Positions 11,895 through 20,982 of a stretch of 64,000 nucleotides of DNA are shown here, piece after piece. Numbering within the stretch: position 1 is the stretch's first letter; the number at the start of each line of letters is the position of its first letter. The notes below the pieces were generated by a model. It was given only the letters and a program-made list of their open reading frames with translations, was not told where the DNA came from and did no database searches. A program made the position numbers and the translations under genes. The stretch comes from Pseudogymnoascus verrucosus (taxonomy: Eukaryota), in the NCBI GenBank assembly GCA_001662655.1, contig KV460206.1; one strand, given 5' to 3'.

Positions 11895-14244
11895 CTAATT
11901 CATGGGAGGCGGCGTAATGAGAGACGCTACCTCGTCCAGAATTTCAGTCGCCGTTATCAACACCTTACTTAGCGTAGTAGGCAACGTATTCAGCGCTGTA
12001 GTTGTCGCATCGACCGTCGAAGGCGATGTGGATGAACCTTGTGCGTAGGGCAACAACACGATACCCAGATCCTCCATCTCCTCCTCGCACCCATCCTTGC
12101 AGCGAAGAAGGCCAAAGTTTCTCAAGAGCTCCTCTTCGGTAGGCCTTCGTGTGGAGTTCTCCTCGTCAATGAAGATCTCTTCCGGATCAAGTCCTCCGTC
12201 TGTGTCACGTTTGGTATGGCCATTTTTAGGCCAGCCCCCAATTGCTGCAAGCAAAAGCAAGTCGGGATGAGGTGGTTTTTTGTATAATGCCCAGTTTGAC
12301 TGTCGGTGAACATTGGCAGGTTTCTTATACCATGGATCTTCGGTCTTAAGTGCGAAGCCAGGGTCAGCGATAAGTATCTCAGGGTAGCAAGGGTTTTCAG
12401 CCATGCCGCCGTCGCCGTAGGCTGGCATGTTTGTATATGCCATAGAAAACACTGTGTTCGTGATTTTATATTCCTGGGTGTATACCGTTGTGTCTCTACC
12501 TCCACACCCTCCGTTTCCGGGAATAATATGAGATTTACTCGGGACGCCAAGATTGTTAGAGACCACCTTATCGGGGCATACATCCTTAAACATTTGCCCA
12601 GCTCCTTTATTTTCTGTTCTGGGAAGGAATCTGATCCACACATTGGTGTCCCGTCCATGCCACATTTCGGCTGAGGGATACTCATCACGCTCGCAGTTGA
12701 CATTAGCCTCTCGCATGAATCCATCCCACCAACCTTTATGGTGATCTGCTCTGTATTTAGCTACCTCGTCCCGTGGTGCCCTGCCGTATTTATTGATGCA
12801 AGTGACAGAGGCGTGCTCTGGATGTTCCCTTATGATTGATCTGTAGTTCAGACACGCTTGGGGATATAAATCACCGCTACATGTTTTTACTACAACGACT
12901 TCAGAAGAAGGTGCTACAGCCACGCTGACGGTTTTGGTTTCGTCACGGAGCCTCTTCTGCAAATTCTTGCCAGAACAAGTATTCGATTTGGTTGATATTC
13001 TGGTCGGAGACGCGGATGGCTTGCGCTCGACTTTGGGTTTAGTCGGCTTGTCATACGGAATTTCGTCGTCTTTACCCCTGAACTTAAAGATTCCCTTGCC
13101 AGCTTTAGCAATGCCTTTAGCACAAAGATTGGCTAGAGCCGGCACCGCTGCCTGCACTGCGAGGCGAATGATCCAGCCTATTATGATAAGGGGTTAGTAT
13201 ACAGGAAGCTAAAAGGGAGCGCGGAAACCGAAAGAATAGAGAGGGGTTTGATGTGCACAAGAAAATACGTACCAACGAAAGGAATGAAACTTAACGGCAT
13301 CAACGCAGCCGAGATAGCAATTCGGCAGAACGCTTTAGCAGCTATCTCTAGTGCTACACTCGCAGCGACCTCAAGGGCGAGATCTGTGGCCTCGCCCTTG
13401 GCCTTTTCTACTATCTGCTCTTTGCTGATCGGAGGACTGAAATTTAGACAACAAAAGCTCTGAGTTCTAGACATACAGCTCTGTTCCTCATTACCGGATT
13501 TATGGTTAGTATTTTGTGTGAGGGTAAACTCATCGACGTGACAGCTGCCCATGCAACTCAGGCCGAGACCCCTGTAGCCCCTCCATTTGCATTTTCCCAT
13601 GAGAGTTCCTTTGGAGCAGCAGAGGCGACGATATTGCGACGAAGGACAGCGGTCCGCGGTAGATAATTGTCCGGGTTGGCCGTTCATTTGGGCAGCCTCG
13701 TGGTCGCCAATACGACATTTTGCATTACAGGCAGTCGTGTAGCATACACCCTGAGCTTCTTGATCTTGAACTTCGCTTTCAGCTTCTTTAATCTCTTCTG
13801 CAGTCCACCTGTGGCACACAAAATCAACATTTTCTCTTCCATCTGAGGCATCTGAGGAGCAGCGAATATAGGGACTAAGAGACCAACGAAGCTGCTACAT
13901 GAAATGCAGAACAAGAATCTCAGGAAGGGCATAGAACAGAGGAAAGGCTTGGATGTACATACTCTTTGGGATAGATAACACTTTTAGACTCCTGGTCAAC
14001 TTGATCTAATGCCCAAACCATGAGACCTCCAAGGCAGCGTGAGTTGCCAAAATCTCGCTTCTGAGCTAGGGTTTCGGCATCGTCATAAGAACCCACTGAT
14101 CGGTGTCCCAATTGATCCCTGTGCGACTAGTAAGCCGAAAGTTTACAGTGTTTCTCAAAGAAAACCTGAGAACTTACATTTGACACCCGCTTTATTGTCA
14201 TATACAGGTGTAAGATCCTTCTCCTCGATAATGTCTAGAATCTC
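11895..14244 (-). pseudogene. 3' remnant of a subgroup-C (killer-toxin alpha-like) GH18 chitinase with a Cys-rich region and a C-terminal NucA/NucB-like nuclease domain
   Basis: GH18 C-terminal motifs EILDIIEEKDLTPVYDNKAGVKWINWDTDQWV/(S)YDDAETLAQKRDFGNSRCLGGLMVWALDQ with a 1-nt frameshift at ~14089. Cys-rich stretch CYTTAC..CKWRG..C...C..FCC. C-terminal CERDEYP...IRFLPRTENKGAG. The N-terminal catalytic DxDxE part is absent. Confidence 0.85.
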
Positions 14245-14358
14245 CTACAATCATCAGAAAGTCAGTGCCATACTCCAAGTGATATCTTGGAATGGAATGG
14301 AAGAAGGCTATAAATGGTATTAGGTGATATGACAGGCTCTAGAGTAGCAAAGCGGACG

Positions 14359-14673
14359 TCAACAAAAATTGCCACAGTCGTGGTCATCGTTATGGCAGTG
14401 TACACTACACTCCTTTGCTTCCTTATAACACCTACACCTCTTCGTACTACACAGCCCTTTGCACTGACAGGATATTCCAACCCGAGCACTTGTAGAAGCC
14501 TCTCTAGCTGCAAGCCCTAGGCCTACTTCCTTAGTAGAAGTAGGAATTACTATATCACCCCATAGAGCTCGCTCTACAACTCCAAGTGATTTAGTAGGAA
14601 TAAGGCGTTGTATAATACCAGAAGCTGTAAGAATCCGATACCTATGAGGGTAAGGCTCTTCTAGAACCCAACC
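14359..14673 (-). mobile_element. Fragment of a Ginger2/TDD (KRBA2/SCAND3-like) DDE transposase C-terminus
   Basis: Manual translation VLEEPYPHRYRILTASGIIQRLIPTKSLGVVERALWGDIVIPTSTKEVGLGLAAREASTSARVGISCQCKGLCSTKRCRCYKEAKECSVHCHNDDHDCGN. The CxCxxxCxTxRCxC..C..xCH tail is characteristic of these integrase-like transposases. TpA-rich sequence. Confidence 0.65.
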
Positions 14674-14807
14674 ATGGGCCCGATATTTGAGAGAGATCTT
14701 GAGCCTGAAGCTCTAATTCACCCACAGCTCCGCCAGGCGCCAGAACTCTCAATTGAGCTTAGAATTGGGAGCTCCCACTCTGAGCCAGAACTCGGAATTG
14801 AGCTCGC

Positions 14808-15178
14808 AATCGACCCTAAGGTACTCATCGTAGCAAAGACCACTGACAGAATCCTTCCACAGGCGAGCGTCCGCGATGCAGCTCTCTGTGCAGAGTGTGC
14901 TCACGTTCCCTTGCTCCCAGTATATGCTATCGACGTCAATGGTCCACTGGAAAAGATCTTTGTCGTAAGACAGAGTCGTATTGCTGGCTTCTTGTCAGTC
15001 ACATCATCTATTGATACGCATTGCAAATTTAAACTTACAGAGCGGCAACGCAGCCGGGACTGATGCTTAGGATCTCTGCCATAGTATCTGTCGGGATGAG
15101 GGGATAGAGCTGGAAGCCCTGGCCTAATGCCAATGCCAACATTGGCAACAGAGCTAGAACATGGCGAAGGTTCAACAT
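14808..15178 (-). pseudogene. 5' fragment (signal peptide + Cys-rich N-terminal domain) of a secreted multi-LysM protein, inverted
   Basis: MLNLRHVLALLPMLALALG (signal peptide) QGFQLYP...CVAAL|NTTLSYDKDLFQWTIDVDSIYWEQGNVSTLCTESCIADARLWKDSVSGLCYDEYLRV. This resembles the N-terminal region of large fungal LysM proteins. One GT-AG intron (~14983-15038). Confidence 0.65.
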
Positions 15179-15314
15179 TGTTGCTGTTGAACTTGTGCGA
15201 TGAAGACTCGATGTCAGGACTCGAAATCGCGAGCACTGAATCACCAAAAGGAAATACTATGAGTACAGCACCGCAGCATCCAATTTGCAGTTAATTCATT
15301 TTCTCATATATGTT

Positions 15315-15410
15315 CCGGCCCAACCACCAACTATTCTGGTTGGCCAACTGGCCGGCCCAACCACCAACTTTTGGGTTGGTGGTTCGGCCGGCCCAACCGC
15401 CAACCTATAC
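15315..15410. repeat. Cluster of 17-bp direct/inverted repeats; candidate DNA-transposon subterminal end
   Basis: ccggcccaacc(a/g)ccaac at 15315, 15352 and 15388, plus an inverted near-copy gttggtggttcggccgg at 15375. Confidence 0.7.
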
Positions 15411-15442
15411 GTAGAATAGTAGAATAGTATATTGAATTGAAT

Positions 15443-16787
15443 TGAATTCACCCCTCCCAACAACAAGCACCACAGGCACAGCACCAGCACCCACGGCCAC
15501 AGTGTGCACTGGCCAAGAAGTTGATGTCCAAACAGCAAGTGGAGAAGGCATTGAGGCTTGCAACTATCTCGCTCTAGAATTAAACGTTGCGACAGGGAGT
15601 TTGATGGTGGCGTCTGGCAGCGAAGAATGTTATTCGGACAGTTTAATATGCGTGCCAAAATCGTGTAGGCTCCTGCAAGTCGGCGAAAGTGCTACCTGGT
15701 ATAAACTCCTGCAAGGACCCTACGAGTACTTAGACTGACCATATACCCACAGCGAGTCGATTGCGAAATCCGCATCGAATGAAACGAATCCAATCAGCCT
15801 AGCACAATTAAGTACGTGGAATCCAAACATTCTCGGAGCTTGTGATTTCTTAGTGAAAGACCAGTATATATGTATAGAGTAAGTTGTTCCCCTAATATTG
15901 TTCTAGTCACGAACTAAACAATCCTCAGAGCGCCCGGGGGCTCCTTGGTTGGACCACCACAAGATGATATACCTGATGATACCGGGGGTCCTGTTCGACG
16001 GGGACCAGGCAGCACCATTACCCTGCCGATCATCGAGAATCCAGATGTGCCACCAGAACTTGTGCAAGAAGGCATTGCCGCTGACTGCATTCGATATGTG
16101 GTGGCCAATTCGACCGCTGCTTCATGCTGGAAGATCTCCAATGACGGACAGGTTACGCAGGCTCGTTTGTTCGAGCTTAATCCTGTTCTTGGAGAGCATG
16201 GAGAGAACTGCGGCACGATGATTTGGCTGGAATACGCCTATTGTGTTGCTACTAGCAAAGACCTTCCAACCACAACAAGTGTAGCTAGCTCGACCACATC
16301 TAACCCCCCAACGAGCACATCAAATCCCAAGCCCACTGCAACAAGGGAGGGGATTGCGGCAAACTGCAACAAATGGGCGATAGCAGAAACCGGCATAGGT
16401 TGCTATGATATGGCTGCAAATGCAGGTATCGAACTCTCCTTGTTTTACACATGGAATCCCATTCTCGGTGCTGCTGGTGAAAACTGTGGCACGGAAATCT
16501 GGCTAGATTACTATTATTGCACTGGCGTGTCTGGTTCGACCACATCCAAAGCACCCACGCCAACGTCCGTGACGCCACCAAAGCCGACAAATACACAAGC
16601 AGGAATCCCTGCTAGCTGTACGAAGTTCTATGAGGCGAAGACAGGGGATAGTTGCTGGCAGATTGCGGACGACAATGGTATAGAGTTGAGTTTACTTTAC
16701 TCCTTAAATCCTATTCTCGGAGCGGCTGGCGAGGGTTGCGGGACGCAGCTTTGGCCGGAATACTCTTATTGCATAGCAACGTCGTAG
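15443..16787 (+). pseudogene. 3' part of a secreted LysM effector (about five fungal LysM domains) lacking its start and signal peptide in this orientation
   Basis: Repeated C..(Y/W)....GD/G.C..IA...GI.L..(F/L)Y.(W/L)NP.LG..GE.CGT..W..Y.YC motifs with T/P-rich linkers. Introns ~15699-15752 and ~15879-15928. No upstream ATG or signal peptide on the + strand. Confidence 0.85.
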
Positions 16788-16997
16788 ATGAGTCGTGTAT
16801 GAAGTGGTGGGAGTGTATAAGTTATGCTGTTCTTGCGGTATCGCCTGTAGGATTTGTAGTTGAGAGTTGGCCCGAAATGTACTGAGAATCGTGACTGTCT
16901 TCTTCCTACTACTTCGTGAAAATCCAAGGAGGGGATGTGAGACAGTGAAAAATAGAGGTAAAAATTTAAGGATCCAAAAAATAAAAGCACAGAATCT

Positions 16998-17932
16998 TCA
17001 TTCCCACTCACGGGCATATTCAATCCGCGCCTTCTTTAGCCTCAGTTGAGCCTCCTCCTTTTCTATCATGTCACCACATGCTTCTGCCTTTATTATGTCG
17101 TCTTCGGCCCACCGAAAAGTCCACTTCTCGACGACTTGCAGGCGGGCTATGTTCGCGGCCTTAATACATTCTTCCTTTGAAAATGTCTCAAAGTTGGGCC
17201 ATCCGTGATCTTGGAAGATCCGTTTAACAGGCTAGACCAAATGTGATCAGTAATTTGCTTCCTCCGCAACACATTATAGCTTACCCTAATTTGTTCTTCG
17301 CCGTCCTCGAATATTTCATGTTCTAACATGTCCTGATCTCCCCGCTTTCGCTGATGAATAACGCCGGGCAAAGGAATTAGGTCGAGAGAAAGAAATTTAT
17401 GATGCATTTCGTTAAAGTACTTCTCGATAGCAACAGGATTGTACCATAACCATGGTGGGTCCTCTTGAGTTCTCTGCACCTCCCAATGGGTGCCGCAGGG
17501 GTACACGTAGCCTTTTTTAGTATCAATCAACCAGTCAGTTGAGCCACGGCCGTAGGTCAAGCAAATCATTCCAGGTTCTGGTTCATCGTCAAACGGCATG
17601 AGGGGGGGATAGAATTTTGACAGGGATTTATTCACTGCTATCTTGTCGGCAAGAGTATCATCCCACATCATACCAAGATATTGTATCGGCTCGGTGTCGG
17701 GCATGATCGGGTAGTCTTTCTGGAGGTATGGAAGGTGTCGTAAGAGGTCAATAACCGTCTCGTTTCGGCCCATGATACGAAGGGATTTAGCGTCAATTTG
17801 GTCGCCCCAGCCTCCAGGTGGTGGGCGTTGAATATTCGAATCTTCCATATATCCCATACGCACGAGCGTCTCGTAGTGACGCGTGAGGCAGCGAACGAGA
17901 ACATCGCGGTCGTAAGCTGGGATTTCTTCCAT
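16998..17932 (-). CDS. Conserved fungal hypothetical protein (LLRHLPY family), 293 aa; SUKH/Smi1-Knr4-like immunity candidate
   Basis: Intact two-exon gene: 17932-17285, intron 17284-17232, 17231-16998. Motifs YDRD..RHYETL, PPPGGW, MGRNETVIDLLRHLPYL, ICLTYGRGSTDWLIDTKKGYV, IFQDHGWP.F..KEEC. No signal peptide. Confidence 0.75.
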
Positions 17933-18602
17933 TTTGGTGGGTAGCAACTACATCGCGAATGTTTTGTTAGCTCTAGCATTCTTTTGAGAGAGGTAATGAC
18001 TAACTGCTTAGGGTAAATCTGCTCTCCTCGTGTTGTTTTATACTCTGTAATAATGTTGATAGTGTAAGGAGAGCAACGACGTGGTAACCTAGCACTAGAC
18101 CCAATTCAGAGCCTAGTTAATATAAAGTCTTAGCATCATAACGTCCTTCTTAAGACTCGCGGCGAAGAACTTCTACGGAGTAGAATCCTTGAGAATTTGA
18201 CGATTCCGCATCTCCGCATCCACCGCAGTTCGCAGCGAGGTATGTAAAAGTACAGTCGGTGTTGATAAGTGTGTGGAAAACCGCGTATTAAAACACCTTT
18301 ACGAAAACACATTTTTACATCTATAAAAGGAGGTTCTTTTTTACAGTATTTATATTTCATTTGATTCTAACCCTTACAAATTTTGTTTGCAGGTATTAAT
18401 AAGAGACAATATAAAGAGAGTCGTGGTAAATATTTTTCTATAACTTTTGTAATACCTCCCGTTCTAAACAAGAGTTGAGGGATTTTTATAGAACGGGCCG
18501 TTCCTCAACCTCCCGCGTCCCACAACTATCTAGTCTAGTCTCCCCCACTCCTCACCGGCTTCCCCGCCGTCGCATACTCCAACGCCTCCTCATTCGACTC
18601 CC

Positions 18603-19502
18603 TCACAAACATCTCCCAGATAAGACATCGAATTTGGTGGCCACGTGGATCCCATGGTGCGAAGCATCAGCGGCCAGAAGTTTGACTTCAGAGGTGTTGT
18701 CTGACGCAACGTAGATCACGTTCAGGTTGGAGTCGAGCGTTTGATTCAGGTAGTATTGCGACTGCGTTGAGTAGGGCGAGTCCACCCAGTCCTCTGCCTT
18801 CTCCGTGCGAAGTGCGCGCCGAAGAAGGCATTCTTGGTAATCGAGCTGGCACCGTTGTACATGAGGTCGTACTTGGCGAGCAGGCCGCGGGATGTGCGGG
18901 TGGCGAGCTCGCGCACGTCGGGCCGGAACTTGAGAATCCCGCCAAACTCGTGCACAAATGCCGCCGAGTCGCTGTAGATCGGATACATGAGGTGAGAGCG
19001 CCAGAGTTCGACAACTGTCGTTGCGAGGACCGGCGTCGTGCCGCCGGTCTGCCGCGCGAGCCAAGCGGCGAAGACGTCAGGCCGCGGGAGGCCGGTGCGG
19101 GGGATGGGCGCTTGCAGGTCTTCGGGTTTCAGGGCAAACGGCGGGTTTATTGCCTCACGGTGCATTTCTGGGAGATATCGTCGGAGCTGCGGACGATGAT
19201 TTAGGGGAGGACGAGACGCGCGCCGGGGGCGATGGCGAGGCCGGTCCAGATGGGGATTGAGTTGCGGATGTTGCCAATGTCACTAACAGAGTTCTCACAG
19301 GTGAATATTGGATCCTGGTTCTATTTCGTAGAGGGGCAGACGGTTCTGATGGCTTCGGAATCGACGGGAGCGTAATCAAAAATGCCATCGGCGTGTGTAG
19401 TTTGCACGGCTGTTGATGATATGCGGGAAGAAAAAGGGGAGGGGCGGCAGGCGAAGACCCAGATCCACTTGACGATGAAGAAGGACGCCTGTCCGTCGTC
19501 AT
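18603..19502 (-). pseudogene. O-fucosyltransferase-like (GT-B) glycosyltransferase pseudogene
   Basis: DYAPVDSEAIRTVC..TK*N..FTCENSVSDIGNIRNSI...LVLP*IIVRS; later ILKFRPDVRELA, FFGAH/LRTE (frameshift ~18815) and IYVAS. Two premature stops, a frameshift and a truncated 3' end. Confidence 0.65.
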
Positions 19503-19577
19503 TTAGTCAACATAGTATAAGTATACTATGTAGTCCAAATACATATTTATACTCAGTATTTACTACTTCATGTGTTA

Positions 19578-20466
19578 CTACCTATAGTGTAGAATACAAT
19601 TAGTGGTAGTTGCCATCCCATCTTTCACAATGAACCTCCCTGTATCCCCATCCCTCTTTCCTTCCACTACGCTCTTCAGCAAGCGTCCCCCAATGCTCGG
19701 ATGGTTGGCCCCCTCACCCACATCCGTCGCTAGGAACCCGGGGCCAACGCACCACACCTTGACGCCATCTACTTGCAGCTTGTGGTGATAATCTAGCATC
19801 AACATATTGAGCGCGGTCTTAGTGCAGCGGTACCCGACCGTCTCGAGCTCTACCTTCTTCGGCCAGCCGCGCTCTAGCGGCCGCAACGGGAAATCCTCCC
19901 TCGCGGACTCCTCGAAGGTATCGAGTCCGGTGACAAAGATGAGCCGTGGGTCGTAGGACTGCAAGAGGAGCGGCATGAACGTCCACGTCATTACGTGCGT
20001 ACCAGCCACGTTAACATCATAAGAGCTAGTGAAGCTCTCACGCAGCGAGGCTTTGCCGCGAACGTAGTCGAGGTCCTTAATAACGCCTAGGTAATGTTAG
20101 CGAGGTGTGCACAGAATTAGGAGAGGTTCAGTATTGCGCACTAGCGTTGTTGATGAGGACGTCGATACGCCCGACGCTAGCCTTAACGGTCTCGAAAGCT
20201 TTCTCAATGGACAAGTCGCTAGCGATGTCAACTTGGATGGCCTCAACAGTGTTGAAGCAATTGGGGCACTCCTTTAGGGCGCACCCCTTGTCGCGCGGCC
20301 CGAGGGAATCGGCACACTCATTTCGAAGCGTCAAGACGGCTTGTTGGCCTCTTTCCAGCGAACGGCTGCCGAGAAAAACGTGGTAGGACTCGTCGGATTG
20401 CAGTAGGGCCTTTACGACTTCGTATCCGACACTCTTACTTGCACCGGTGACGAGTACTATCTTCAT
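19578..20466 (-). pseudogene. Degenerate short-chain dehydrogenase/reductase
   Basis: MKIVLVTGASKSVG (the TGxxxGxG motif is altered), GRIDVLINNAS (normally NNAG), YRCTK catalytic motif, GPGFLAT. Intron ~20088-20141. The C-terminus runs into AT-rich sequence. Confidence 0.65.
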
Positions 20467-20745
20467 TTTGTTAACAATACGATTGCTAGGACTTGCAGTT
20501 TAGATGTCTAGATTCTGGTATGATGCTGTAGTAGCGAGATGGCTGACTGGGGTTGAGACATGGGGTGCGCGTGTCTTGGATGCATCTTTTTGTCTTTCTG
20601 TCTTTCTGTAGACGCGTTGCTTTGTTTCTGTACGGAGTATACGGAATAGGGAAACAAAGCATCACGTCAGGAACCAAGATGCCTTAGCTAGTAAATAGCT
20701 ATAATAACTTCCTTGAATCATACATTGGTAATTGTATTGTCGATT

Positions 20746-20753
20746 TCACGTGA
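20746..20753. promoter_or_regulatory. Palindromic E-box TCACGTGA upstream of PGK1 (bHLH site candidate)
   Basis: gattTCACGTGAatc about 230 bp upstream of the PGK ATG. Confidence 0.4.
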
Positions 20754-20937
20754 ATCGAATGGACGATGTCATCGGCTATGGGTCTCGCAGGGGTAAGCTC
20801 GTCGATAGGTAATAGCATCACCCCACCAAATCTCAATAGGAGGGGTACTTTTCCAAGACCCCTCGCCGAAAACGCTTATCCGTTTCATCCCGCAGCCACG
20901 AAGCATCTCAACCTTTCTTACATCTTCGTGCTTTTCA

Positions 20938-20978
20938 ATTGCAAAATAACTATTGCAAAATAACTATTGCAAAATAAT
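20938..20978 (+). repeat. 14-bp tandem repeat (attgcaaaataact) x~3 immediately before the PGK start codon
   Basis: attgcaaaataact attgcaaaataact attgcaaaataa. Confidence 0.8.
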
Positions 20979-20982
20979 CGCC

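Noticed and set aside
14674..15063. 129-aa plus-strand ORF
   Set aside because: It overlaps the antisense of the LysM 5' fragment and junction filler DNA; no motif support.
15315..15410. CRISPR-like repeat array
   Set aside because: Eukaryotic context, only 3-4 short repeats including an inverted one, and no cas genes.
18459..18540. Helitron 3' end (cccgttcta...tagaacggg hairpin followed by CTAG)
   Set aside because: The loop is long, the CTAG is over 30 nt away, and there is no Rep/helicase remnant; insufficient support.
10860..20650. Intact Starship element
   Set aside because: No DUF3435 tyrosine-recombinase captain or identifiable terminal repeats in the window; only cargo-like genes.
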